Origin: an uncultured virus (IMG/VR IMGVR_UViG_3300004093_000014) | Taxonomy: Duplodnaviria > Heunggongvirae > Uroviricota > Caudoviricetes | Virus record (IMG/VR): IMGVR_UViG_3300004093_000014 | DNA: 64,000 nucleotides | Strand: one strand, 5' to 3' | Shown: positions 37,111-46,262 of the stretch, piece after piece | Position numbering within the stretch: the first letter of the stretch is position 1 | Layout of the letters: each line of letters begins with the position of its first letter | Notes under the pieces: model-generated | Told to the model about the DNA's origin: nothing | The model's database searches: none | The model's input: only the letters and a program-made list of their open reading frames with translations | Made by a program: the position numbers and the translations under genes

Positions 37111-39078
37111 TCAGAGAGGCACGCCGGGCGGCGCCGGCAGCGCCTGCGGCGGCAGGCCGGGCATCGTCGGCGCGCCCTCGGCGTAGGGCGCCTCGGAGCC
37201 GTCGTAGGGCGTCGGCTCCGGCGGCATGAAGCGCAGCGCGGTATCCATCTCCTTCGCCGTGGCGTCGGCATGCTGCCGGCGCGTCCGGGCGAGGGTCTCG
37301 GCGGCATCGGCACCGGCACGGGCACCGTCGGCCTGCGCGGCACCGGCGTCGGCACGCAGCTTCTCGGCCCGGGCCTGCGTCTCCTCGACCTTGGCGGCCG
37401 CGCCCTGAAGCTGGAGATGCTGCGCGGCCTCGGCGGCCGGGTTCGGCTGGCTGGCCTGCTGGAGGTAGCCGAGCAGCTTGTCCTTCGTCGCCTGGGGCAG
37501 GCTCGCGAGCTCGATGATGATCTCGGGCGGGATCGGCTTCCCGGCCTGCGCCATGCCGGGCGCGAGCTGCATCAGCGCGTCGAGCGTGTCCTCCATCAGC
37601 GTCTGATGGTCGGGCCCCTCGTCGATGATGATGTCGACGTCGAGCGACCCGAGCGCGTTCTCAATGATCGGCCGGCCGGTCGCGGGATCCACGCCCAGGC
37701 GGTTCACCGCCAGGAATTGTGCGAGTCCCTGATCGTCCGTCACGCGGATCCAGCGCTGCGCAGTCCAGTACCGCTGCACGGTGTTCCACACCGCGCGGTA
37801 GACCCGCATCTTCCAGTCCCGGTAGCCCAGGATGTACGGGCCCAGCTCGGCGATGCCGGCTTGCTGGAGGAGCTGAAGCGCGCGGCCCGAGGCCGAGGCC
37901 GGCGCGGATCCGACGAGGCTCGGGTTCGGCCCGAACGTCTCGATCATCGCCTTGGCTTCCTGCAGCATCTGCAGGTTGCCGGAGACCTGATCGGCGTTCG
38001 AGACCTGCTCGATCTCGACGCCGGCCGGCGGGTCGATGATGCCGTCGTTCTTGTGCAGCTCGGCGCGGAGCTGCGCCTTCTTGTCTGGATCAAGCTCGTA
38101 GCCGCCCTTGATGAGCAGCCTGATCGTGTTCAGCGCGTGCAGGGCCTTCGACCGGCGGTGGTTGATCTCGTCCTGGATCGGCCGCAGGTCGCGCGTGATG
38201 CTGTAGCGGTCGTTGTCGTGGTCGACGTTGGCCGAGAACAGGATGAACCGGCAGAAGGTGCGACCCTTCTCGTCCAGGAACGGGGAGACGCCGCGGGCAA
38301 GGTCGAGGTCGCCGCAGTAGAACTGCCATAGCCACTCGCCGTGCCGCTTGTACCAGTGCTCGACGAGGCGGACGTGCTTCGCGCCCTGGTTCGACCAGCC
38401 GACCTGCCGCTGCCGGTCCGTGTCGACCAGTGCATCGAACGCGCCGCTGCCCGACGCCGTCTTGAGCGCCTCGGCGTGCTCCGGGAACATGCCCTGCGCC
38501 TGGTCGAGGCTGACCCACTTCGCCACGCCGAAGAATCGGCTGTCGGAGAAGTCCTCGCGGCTGGAGCGCGGGTCGTAGAAGACCGTGTCCGGCTCCAGGT
38601 AGTGGATGCCGATATCCGGGTCGCCCTGGTCGCCGCCCTCGATGGACAGCTCAACGCCGGCCATGGGCTCGATCGCCCCGTCCTTCGCGATGAAGGGCGT
38701 CAGCGACTTCCACTTCTGGGTTTCCAGGACGTCGTTCAGCACGGCCGTCGCGACATCGGCGCCGGCTTGGTGCTGCGGCGTGCGCGGGAAGGCCTTGGGA
38801 TCCTGCCGCAGGCGCTCAATCAGGCCGACCGTGCCGTCCACCTTGCGGCGGATGAGGTTGTAGACGACCGGCGGCTGATTCCGCTCGCGCAGGGCAGCCA
38901 GGATGTGCGGCGCGATCTGGTCGCCGTGATAGTACCGGCGCGCCTGCTCGGCCTCGTCCCGCTCGTTCCGTTTCACCGTCTCGTAGTCCGAGAGCTGGGT
39001 GCGGAGCGTGTTGAGCGGCAGGAAGTCCGGCTCGTCGTCCGAGGTGGCGGGCGCCATCGGCGCCGCAGTCGCGGCCAT
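37111..39078 (-). CDS. Portal protein (P22-like)
   Basis: YYHGDQ, PPVVYNLI, FYDPRS..DFSDSRF, QDEINHRRSK, ASGRA, DIIIDEGP. Confidence 0.92.
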   Translation of the reverse strand: MAATAAPMAPATSDDEPDFLPLNTLRTQLSDYETVKRNERDEAEQARRYYHGDQIAPHILAALRERNQPPVVYNLIRRKVDGTVGLIERLRQDPKAFPRTPQHQAGADVATAVLNDVLETQKWKSLTPFIAKDGAIEPMAGVELSIEGGDQGDPDIGIHYLEPDTVFYDPRSSREDFSDSRFFGVAKWVSLDQAQGMFPEHAEALKTASGSGAFDALVDTDRQRQVGWSNQGAKHVRLVEHWYKRHGEWLWQFYCGDLDLARGVSPFLDEKGRTFCRFILFSANVDHDNDRYSITRDLRPIQDEINHRRSKALHALNTIRLLIKGGYELDPDKKAQLRAELHKNDGIIDPPAGVEIEQVSNADQVSGNLQMLQEAKAMIETFGPNPSLVGSAPASASGRALQLLQQAGIAELGPYILGYRDWKMRVYRAVWNTVQRYWTAQRWIRVTDDQGLAQFLAVNRLGVDPATGRPIIENALGSLDVDIIIDEGPDHQTLMEDTLDALMQLAPGMAQAGKPIPPEIIIELASLPQATKDKLLGYLQQASQPNPAAEAAQHLQLQGAAAKVEETQARAEKLRADAGAAQADGARAGADAAETLARTRRQHADATAKEMDTALRFMPPEPTPYDGSEAPYAEGAPTMPGLPPQALPAPPGVPL

Positions 39079-39088
39079 CAGGTACGCC

Positions 39089-39673
39089 TCACTGCGTCGG
39101 GTCGGCGGCGAAGAGATTGACGCGGACGCCCGACGCCGAGCCTCCGAAGATGTCGAAGCTGATGAGCGCGCCCAGCGCGACGAGGGTCGCCGGCAGGGTC
39201 CGGGAGCGCTGCGCCTTGATCGTCACGGCCGTATGGGTGTCCTGGCCGCCGGCCGAGGTGAACGTCCGCCCCGTGATCTGGACGACCACGGGCGTGCCGG
39301 TGTCCTCGACCATGTAGGAGATCGGCGGCAGCGCGCCGGAGGCGACGACGATCGGCCGGGCGAAGGTCCACGTGGCGGTGCCGTCCGCGGCCGTCATCAG
39401 CACCGTGCGCTGGACGCGCGCCGCGTGGGTGTGATCGGCGCGCGCGTAGGCCACTGAGGCGCCCGTGGCGCCGTCCAGAGCCGTCGCTGGTGGCGTCAAT
39501 GCGCTCGGCTGCGGCTGCGAGGCCTGGATCGCGCTCTGCACCTGATCGGGCGTCGCGTACTGGCCGGGCGCGACAGGACCGGCCGAGTAGCCGGCATAGG
39601 CCATGGACGCGATGATGACGGCCTGCGTGAACAGCGCCGCCTGATAGGCCCTGATGAAGCCAGGCCGCATCAC
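39089..39673 (-). CDS. Fibre-like protein with hydrophobic N-terminus
   Basis: GATGASVAYARADHTH tail-fibre-type HxH motif; hydrophobic AALFTQAVIIASMAYAG. Confidence 0.7.
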   Translation of the reverse strand: MMRPGFIRAYQAALFTQAVIIASMAYAGYSAGPVAPGQYATPDQVQSAIQASQPQPSALTPPATALDGATGASVAYARADHTHAARVQRTVLMTAADGTATWTFARPIVVASGALPPISYMVEDTGTPVVVQITGRTFTSAGGQDTHTAVTIKAQRSRTLPATLVALGALISFDIFGGSASGVRVNLFAADPTQ

Positions 39674-40110
39674 TGGATCTCAAGCCGCATCGGGGTGTTG
39701 GCGACCCGGCTGCCGTTGCCGCCCGCGAAGCTCAGATCGGAAGCGATGTAGACGCTGAACGTCGACGTGCCGGCGCTCAGGGCGAAGAGGAGCACCTTGT
39801 TGGCGGTGGGCGACCACCCGGTGCCCCAGGTGTCGTATTTCGCCACCATGCCCGCCGGAAGGCCGACCTGAATCGGGCTCGTGCCGGCACCGTTGGTGGT
39901 GATCGCCTCGTCGATCGCGAGATCGAGGGTCTTGCCCGTGAGCTGATACCGCGAGTTCGAGGTGCCGCGCGTGGTGATCGCGGTCCCGTTCGCGGTCAGC
40001 GTGGGCGTGTAGCTCGTCCACGGCCCCGCGGGCACGGCGAGCGGCGTGTAGGCCGCCGGCAGGAAGACGAGCGCGAGCGCGACGAGCGGCGCGAGCAGAG
40101 CGTGACGCAT
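39670..40110 (-). CDS. Fibre-tip/receptor-binding-like domain with signal peptide
   Basis: MRHALLAPLVALALVFLPAA then WTSYTPTLT...RYQLTGKT...GLPAG. Confidence 0.7.
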   Translation of the reverse strand: MRHALLAPLVALALVFLPAAYTPLAVPAGPWTSYTPTLTANGTAITTRGTSNSRYQLTGKTLDLAIDEAITTNGAGTSPIQVGLPAGMVAKYDTWGTGWSPTANKVLLFALSAGTSTFSVYIASDLSFAGGNGSRVANTPMRLEIQ

Positions 40111-40112
40111 GG

Positions 40113-41066
40113 TCAGTGCTCCCGAACCGTCAGGGCGCAGGAGCCGGAGGCCGCCATAGCCGACATGGCACCGGTCTCAACGAAGCCCGGCTCGCTGGCC
40201 ATGTAGGCGCCGGCCGCGATCTGAAAGTTGCCGGACCCTGCCGCCGCCGAAGCGGTGCCGTCGAAGTTGATCCACACCGCGACGGTGCAGTCGTTCTTGA
40301 TCTTCCAGCCCTGGCGGCCGGTGTTGGCTGCCATCAGGTTTGCGGCCGTTGTGGTGACGGTGGCCGACCGGTTCGTGCCGGCCGAGCGCTGTGTGGTGAA
40401 GCCAATGACGTTGCCGCCCGCCGGGGTCGCGGCCGTGTTCTGGACGGCGAAGGTGCCGGCGTTCGTCACCGCCTGCGAGGCCGGGAAGTTGCCGACCGAG
40501 ACCGTGCCGCTGATCGGCTGTGTCACGCCCGAGCCGTCGACCTTCCAGGCATTCGCTCCGGCCGCCCCCTGCGCGACGGTCCACGTCCCGCTCTGAGTGA
40601 CCGCGACGGTCCCGTTGAGCTTGTCACGGAGGGCCTTGAGGAGCGCGACCTGCGAGCCATTCGCGCCGGTCGCCGTGGCCGCGGTGTCGCCCGATGCGCC
40701 GATGCTGGCCAGCAGGTTCGACAGGATGGCGTACTGGCCCTTGCCGAGGGCGACGTTCCCGGCGTTCCCCGAGCCCGTGTATGCGGCATCGGCCGGCGCA
40801 CCGAGGGCCGCGGTCTGGGCGTCCTGGCGGGCCGAGGTCGCATAGTCGCTGCCGGGGTAGGGGTTCGCCGAGCCGCCGCCCCCGCCACCGCCACCTGAGA
40901 CGCAGAGCACGCCGTCGGGCCCGGCGTAGAAGCGCCCGATCGTGCCGGGTGCGTTGCTCACGCCTGTGGCCGAGCACGAGGCCACGGTGAAGACCTGGGC
41001 CTGAGCCTGGGCAGCGCTGGAGACCCCGGCCGCGAGGGCCAGGGCGAGGAGGAGGCGGTGAAGCAT
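40113..41066 (-). CDS. Head-fibre/spike-like protein with signal peptide
   Basis: MLHRLLLALALAAGVSSAAQA; TQPISGTVSVGNFPASQAVT shaft-like segments; beta-rich C-terminus; 4 Cys. Confidence 0.7.
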   Translation of the reverse strand: MLHRLLLALALAAGVSSAAQAQAQVFTVASCSATGVSNAPGTIGRFYAGPDGVLCVSGGGGGGGGSANPYPGSDYATSARQDAQTAALGAPADAAYTGSGNAGNVALGKGQYAILSNLLASIGASGDTAATATGANGSQVALLKALRDKLNGTVAVTQSGTWTVAQGAAGANAWKVDGSGVTQPISGTVSVGNFPASQAVTNAGTFAVQNTAATPAGGNVIGFTTQRSAGTNRSATVTTTAANLMAANTGRQGWKIKNDCTVAVWINFDGTASAAAGSGNFQIAAGAYMASEPGFVETGAMSAMAASGSCALTVREH

Positions 41067-41249
41067 GGGTTCAGCCCGAGAAGGAGAGCCAGATGGCCCA
41101 GGCCGCGATGGCGATGACCGCGATGAACAGGGCGGAGTAGGCGCCGACGTAGGTGCGCTGAACCCAGCGCGGCTGCCGGGCGAGCCACTCGATCTCGGCC
41201 TGATGCTGCTCAGGCGTGCGCGGGGGGATGAAGGGGATCACAAGCGGCT

Positions 41250-41528
41250 CTAGGGCTTCTCGCAGCCAATGATGCCGCTGGATGTCAGCTCGCCGTCTCT
41301 CCCGTCGCCCTCGAAGACGGCGGCGGCGATATCGCTGCCCTTGCCGTTATGCCGGATGGTGAATGTCCCACCGGTGCACCGAAGTGCCATCGTCTGCTTG
41401 CCGTCCACCTCGACGATGACGCGGACCGTGCCGAGCCGCACGATGGTGCTGGGGCCGTCAGCGGCGGACACCGGGCCGGTCGAGAGGGTCAGTGCCGCGG
41501 CCGCGGCGAGGAGGACGGAGCGGATCAT
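41250..41528 (-). CDS. Small secreted protein with two Cys
   Basis: MIRSVLLAAAAALTLSTGPVSAAD; AGGA RBS. Confidence 0.65.
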   Translation of the reverse strand: MIRSVLLAAAAALTLSTGPVSAADGPSTIVRLGTVRVIVEVDGKQTMALRCTGGTFTIRHNGKGSDIAAAVFEGDGRDGELTSSGIIGCEKP

Positions 41529-41546
41529 GGGCGGTCCTAGCGGGCG

Positions 41547-42249
41547 GTCAGTTGGTCAAGAGGCCAAAGATCACGCCGAGGGCGGCGAGGCCCAAGATGG
41601 CGCCGATGATGAAACTGCGCCCGTCCGAAATCGGCTTGTCCATGATAGGTCCTAGGTTCCGGCCTCAATCCGTTCCAGCGCGGCCTTCATCTTGTCGACG
41701 CCGCGGAGGTGGTGGAGGATGGTAGCGTTGAGGGCGGCGCGAGCTGCCCCGGAAGCATCAAGGTTCCGACGGCTCGGCTCACGCGTCGCATTGCAAGCCG
41801 CCTGTCGGAACACCTCGATCGCTCTCACAATGCCGGCCGGGACGGTCTCGCGCGCCATGGTCAGGCCTTCAACGCCAAGCAGAGCACCCACACCAGCAAC
41901 GCGAACGACACACAGACTGAGGCCGCCGAGAACACCCAGTAGGCCGGGAAAATCCAGCGCGCCTGCCGAGCCAATCGGTCGGCCTGGATGTGAAGGTCCT
42001 CGCGGGGCATCGTCAGGCCTCGTCGAAGGCGCGGGCGAGCGCGGCGTCGGCCTGGGCAAGCTGCCCCGCCACAGTCAGCGGCTGCTCCGGCAGAGGCGGC
42101 GGGACGCGCGCGGCGAGCCGGTCAAGCATCGTCCGATAGGCAGCATTCCGGCCGGCCTGCCACGCGAGATAGTCGGGATGCTCCACGCCGCTGAGCACCC
42201 GCGCCACCATCGCCGCCCCGCGGGCGTGGACGTCGTCGGTCGCGTGCAT
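41547..42249 (-). other. Run of four tiny coupled ORFs after terL (two hydrophobic)
   Basis: MHATDDVHAR..., MPREDLHIQ...(TM), MARETVPAG..., MDKPISDG...(TM); boundaries approximate. Confidence 0.45.
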
Positions 42250-43760
42250 CACGCCGTTCTCCAACCGTCGCTGCCGCCCGCGGACCGAGGCGCGTAGCCG
42301 GTCTGCTTCTGGCCGGCCTGGGGCCTCGCCGACGACACCCACGGGCGGCTCATGCAGCCGTAGCGCGCCTCGTCCGCCACGTGATCCTCGGCGCCCGTGT
42401 CCAAGTCCTCCGGCCGGCTGGCGTCGTGCTGGAGCATCGGCACCGTCCGGATGAAATCGCGGCAGGTCGAGAACACGTAGAGCATCGGCACGGCGCCTTC
42501 GCCGCGAAGCCGGGCCCGCATCTGATCCCAGCCGCCCATCGCGCCGGCGCGGGCGACGCGGGCATTGTCAGCCGCCCGGAACTGCGGCCCCTTCAGGCCC
42601 CGGGCCTTGTCCGACCACCGCGCCATGCGCTCCGCGATCGACGGGCCGCCGTCCTGGGCGAAGGCCGCCGGATCCAGGACACCGTAGACGATGCGGTCGC
42701 CGCGCTCGCGCTCCGCGATGCCCTCGGCGACCTCCTCGGCCGTCAGCTTCAGGCCGGTATTCGGCCGGCCCGGCACGCATCCGTACCACTCGCGATACCG
42801 GATCATCGCGCCGCGCGGGATCACGATGGAGGTGTCGGGCACGCGAAAATCGTCACCGGCCACCGCCCACCAGCCGACCGAGAAGGGCTTGGCCGAGCCC
42901 CAGTCCATCGACCGGAACCGCAGCCACTCCGCCGGCAGCGCCACCGGCGGGATGACGTGCCGGGCCTCGTCCCACTCGGCGAAGAACGCACCCTCAATCG
43001 CCGACCAGTCGCCCGAGAGCCAGGACTTCACCAACTGCGCCGAGCCGACGAGCTGGAGGCGCGAGGCATAGGTCGGATCGCTCGACAGCAAGATCCGGTT
43101 GTCGGTCAGCCGCGACGGGATCACGGCCATGCGGTGGACCGAGCCGTCCGGCAGCTCACGGTCGACGATCTTCGGTCCCTGCGGAAACGGCACTAGCCTG
43201 TACCGGTCGCGAATCCAGCCCTGTCCCGCGCCTCCAGGGTTGGCGGTCAGGATCATCTGCGTGGGCACGCCGTGCGCCGACCGGAGCGCACCGAACAGCT
43301 TGTCGATTGCTGCCGGGCTGGCGTGCTGGCCCGCCTCCTCGATCCAGGCGTCCGTCAGGTTCTTGCCCTGCTGCGCGTCGGCGTCCGCGACGCTGTCGAG
43401 GTAGCCGAACGCCACGCGGCCACCGTTGGGCATCCGAAAGCGCGGCGGGTTCGCCACGAACTTCGCGCCCAGCGGGAGGAAGATCTCCTTGGCCCGCTCG
43501 ATCGCGTCGTCTGAGGCCGTGGTCTCCTTCCGGAACATCCGGGCGTTGAAGTGCCGGCCGTACCGGCGCTCCTTCAGCGCCCACGTGCCCAGCACGCCGT
43601 CCGTCTTCCCGCCACCGCGAGCGCCACCGAAGAAGATCTCCGGCAGCGGGCAGTCGACGAGCGCCTTCTGCGGCCCAGCCTGGGGGCGCCAGACGTACTC
43701 TACGGCCTCAGTGGGCCGTGACGTGCTGCTGGGCCCACTCGTCGGCGCTGACAGGCTCAT
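42249..43760 (-). CDS. terL: Terminase large subunit
   Basis: PQAGPQ, FGGARGGGKT Walker A, WIEEAG Walker B, TANPGG, SMDWG, EDHVADEARY; start uncertain. Confidence 0.95.
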   Translation of the reverse strand: MSLSAPTSGPSSTSRPTEAVEYVWRPQAGPQKALVDCPLPEIFFGGARGGGKTDGVLGTWALKERRYGRHFNARMFRKETTASDDAIERAKEIFLPLGAKFVANPPRFRMPNGGRVAFGYLDSVADADAQQGKNLTDAWIEEAGQHASPAAIDKLFGALRSAHGVPTQMILTANPGGAGQGWIRDRYRLVPFPQGPKIVDRELPDGSVHRMAVIPSRLTDNRILLSSDPTYASRLQLVGSAQLVKSWLSGDWSAIEGAFFAEWDEARHVIPPVALPAEWLRFRSMDWGSAKPFSVGWWAVAGDDFRVPDTSIVIPRGAMIRYREWYGCVPGRPNTGLKLTAEEVAEGIAERERGDRIVYGVLDPAAFAQDGGPSIAERMARWSDKARGLKGPQFRAADNARVARAGAMGGWDQMRARLRGEGAVPMLYVFSTCRDFIRTVPMLQHDASRPEDLDTGAEDHVADEARYGCMSRPWVSSARPQAGQKQTGYAPRSAGGSDGWRTA

Positions 43761-44277
43761 CGGTGATGTCGCGGACCGTGTGGTTGACCTCGGAGCGGTC
43801 GACGAACATGCCGAGGTGACGGGCCATGCTGTCGAGGGCGCCGAGCTTGTTGTGCAGCTTGACCTTCAAACCGTCCTTGGTCTGCGAGATCTCGGCGATG
43901 GCGAGTGCAGTATCGCGGTCGATCTCGTCGCTCGGGATCAGCGCGACCTCGTTCATGGTGCGCAGCACCGGAACGCCGTCCTCGTCCTCCTCGCCGGTCG
44001 CAGACGAGAGCGCGTCCCAGCGCACGACGCGGCGGATGTCCGCGAATCCGACCCGGGCGTACTCCCGCATCACACGCTCGACGGTCACCTCGGCGCGCTT
44101 GGCGCCGGCGAGCAGCAGTTCCTCGACCCGATCGGCGATGTCATCATTCGTCATCAGCCGGGCGGCGTTCTGACGATGCGGCTCGAAGCCGGCCGCGACA
44201 TATGCAGCGGTCGCGCTCTTGCCCTTAGCGAGCTCCTGCGCGAACCGCTCGTGGCGCGGGTTGGAGAGGACGGGCAT
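43708..44277 (-). CDS. terS: Terminase small subunit
   Basis: LSNPRHERFAQELAKGKSATAAYVAAG...KLHNKLGALDSMARHLGMF. Confidence 0.92.
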   Translation of the reverse strand: MPVLSNPRHERFAQELAKGKSATAAYVAAGFEPHRQNAARLMTNDDIADRVEELLLAGAKRAEVTVERVMREYARVGFADIRRVVRWDALSSATGEEDEDGVPVLRTMNEVALIPSDEIDRDTALAIAEISQTKDGLKVKLHNKLGALDSMARHLGMFVDRSEVNHTVRDITDEPVSADEWAQQHVTAH

Positions 44278-44371
44278 CAGTCAACGTGCTCAGCGCCAGG
44301 CCCGCTGCGGGCGAGGCAGAAAACGCAGGCAGCCAGCAGGATCAGATCGAAGGCGATGCGACCCCAGTCCA

Positions 44372-44527
44372 TCACAACCGCCCTGTGAGCAAGCAGACGA
44401 TCAGCACGATCAGCAGCACGCCACCGAGCCCGAAGCCCGGCCCGCGGTAGGCGCCACCACCAAGGAAGCCACCGCCGCCGAAGGCGAGGATGATGAGGAT
44501 CACCAGCAGGATCGTGACGAGGCTCAT
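44372..44527 (-). CDS. DUF3309-like small membrane protein
   Basis: MSLVTILLVILIILAFGGG...GLGGVLLIVLIVCLLTGRL. Confidence 0.75.
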   Translation of the reverse strand: MSLVTILLVILIILAFGGGGFLGGGAYRGPGFGLGGVLLIVLIVCLLTGRL

Positions 44528-44769
44528 GTCAGGCTCCGATCCGCGACGAGATCCGTGAGGCCGGCGGGCTCGCCATGCTCGTCGATGAGCAGCGTGCCGC
44601 GGATGCGATGGGGGATGACGTCGTCGTAGGTAGTGTCGTCGAAGTCGGGCGTGACGTGCGAGTTGGTGGAGGCGGCCCACTCGTTCTGCGGCATGCCCCA
44701 GTCGACGCTTTGCCGACCGAGGAGGAAGTTCCGACGCCGGCTGGCGTGCGCCGTTCCGCGATGCGACAT
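44524..44769 (-). CDS. Phage hypothetical protein, first late gene
   Basis: GGAG RBS, ATGA coupling. Confidence 0.55.
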   Translation of the reverse strand: MSHRGTAHASRRRNFLLGRQSVDWGMPQNEWAASTNSHVTPDFDDTTYDDVIPHRIRGTLLIDEHGEPAGLTDLVADRSLT

Positions 44770-44906
44770 GCGGGCTCCAGACGAGCGAAAGCCCCGGTGC
44801 GGCGAGGCGCCCGGAGCAGAAGATCACGCTGTGCTTGGAATGCATCCGCAGGGCGCTACGGTGGCAAAAGTGCAACACCGAAGTCCCTGCAATTCGCGAA
44901 CGATAC

Positions 44907-45434
44907 TCAAGCTGCCCGCACCTTGTCAACGTCGACCGTGGTGCGGTGTTCACGGCCGAGCGCCTGAAAAACGATCTCGATCCTGTTCGCCGGGAGGGTC
45001 GACATCAGGCGGCCCACGAACGCGTCCATCTCGGACGTCCCGAAATCGACCCGTACGGCCTGCCCTTCGTGAAAGCGGGCCTGGGCAGCCTTGGTGAAGG
45101 CGTCGGCCTCCACGGCCGCTCTCAGCCGCTTTATGGCCCTATCCGGCACGGCACGGGGCCCGCCGGCGCTGGACAGGATGCCGGATACGCCGGTGACGCT
45201 GCGGAGCGGATACCACGACACGCCGATCGGCAGGCCGATGAACACGTACCGGGGGAAGACCGGGCGCTCCACCAGCATGCGCTGACGGGACTTGACCATC
45301 TCCACCATGCCGGTCGGCACCAGCACGGGGTAGTCCATCGCCTGCACGGCATCGCGGACGGCGATCTCGGCATTCGGCGCGGTATTGGCCGCGATCCAGA
45401 TGCGGATCGGCGGTTGGGCGTGGGTCTCAGTCAT
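44907..45434 (-). CDS. NusG-family (NGN+KOW) antiterminator paralogue
   Basis: W...T.PNAE, RPVFPRYVFI, VTGVSGIL, FHEGQAVRV KOW, LGRE. Confidence 0.88.
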   Translation of the reverse strand: MTETHAQPPIRIWIAANTAPNAEIAVRDAVQAMDYPVLVPTGMVEMVKSRQRMLVERPVFPRYVFIGLPIGVSWYPLRSVTGVSGILSSAGGPRAVPDRAIKRLRAAVEADAFTKAAQARFHEGQAVRVDFGTSEMDAFVGRLMSTLPANRIEIVFQALGREHRTTVDVDKVRAA

Positions 45435-45532
45435 CCTCGGCGGCCTCTCTCGGGGTCGCCGCGGTCACGGTCGGGTATGCGCGGTCCAGAGGATAGCGTC
45501 GGCCGCGTGGGAAGCAAGCCCACGGCGCGTCG

Positions 45533-45785
45533 GGAGGTTTTTACCCAAATACCCCCGTATACCTATACCCACGGGGTAAACGGGGTCGGATGGGGCGTTT
45601 TAGGGGTAGGGGTGTGGGGTAGCGGTAAAAAGGGTAATATATAGAAAAAAATCATTTTTTCTCTTATATATCATACTCTTATCTTCGGAGGTTTTTACCC
45701 GAAAGCCGTCGGCAAAAAAGGGGTATTAAGTCCCGCGAGCGGCCTGTGAGTTTTCGGGTAAAAACCCACCTCTCGGGTAAAAACC
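45533..45785. other. Putative phage replication origin (iterons plus AT-rich core)
   Basis: GGTTTTTACCC at 45536 and 45690, inverted GGGTAAAAACC at 45756 and 45775, AT-rich core ~45636-45685. Confidence 0.7.
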
Positions 45786-45802
45786 CCACCCGCTGCAGGC
45801 AC

Positions 45803-45826
45803 AAAAAGCCCCGCTGAAGCGGGGCT
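45803..45826 (-). terminator. Rho-independent terminator ending the replication operon
   Basis: AGCCCCGC-TTCA-GCGGGGCT plus T-run on minus strand. Confidence 0.8.
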
Positions 45827-45848
45827 CAGAGCGCGTTTACTGACCGCT

Positions 45849-46262
45849 TTAAGCGGGCCAATCCCCGCCCGCTGGACGTCGCCACGTCACAAAGGTCTGC
45901 CCCTTGTGCTGAGCGATCGCCAACTCAAGATCGGTTGCCCCGCACGTCTCGCATGAGAACTGGATGGTCAGGCCTTGCCGCCTGGAACTCGGGTTGGCGT
46001 TCGTCGATGCCTCAATGCCGACCTGCGATTGAACGCCGTCGATGGTTGTGACCACCACGCGCTCGTCGTCCTCGCCCCTGGCGTAGTTTTTCACGACGCC
46101 TTGGTGGATGTAGCCGTACCCTCCCGGCCCGCAGACGGGGCACAGAAGCATACCGTCCTGATGGATCCGCGCCTGGATTGGCCTCGTATACTGAACGTCG
46201 CCCACTGCTAACCTCACGCTACCGCAGCACGTATATCGTCTTAGGCCGCCCGCCCTTCGCAC
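45849..46262 (-). CDS. Zn-ribbon-like hypothetical protein
   Basis: CPVCG...CETCG...QHKGQT; start uncertain. Confidence 0.5.
   Translation of the reverse strand: MRRAGGLRRYTCCGSVRLAVGDVQYTRPIQARIHQDGMLLCPVCGPGGYGYIHQGVVKNYARGEDDERVVVTTIDGVQSQVGIEASTNANPSSRRQGLTIQFSCETCGATDLELAIAQHKGQTFVTWRRPAGGDWPA

Noticed and set aside
4214..37186. Many long antisense/alternate-frame ORFs (e.g. 4214-6142, 25762-27867, 27405-29696, 34667-37186)
   Set aside because: Arg/Gly/Pro-rich shadow ORFs expected at this GC content, lying opposite well-supported genes
43700..43760. Programmed terS-terL frameshift
   Set aside because: The genes overlap and the terL start lacks a clear RBS, but no slippery sequence is visible and ATG 43760 suffices
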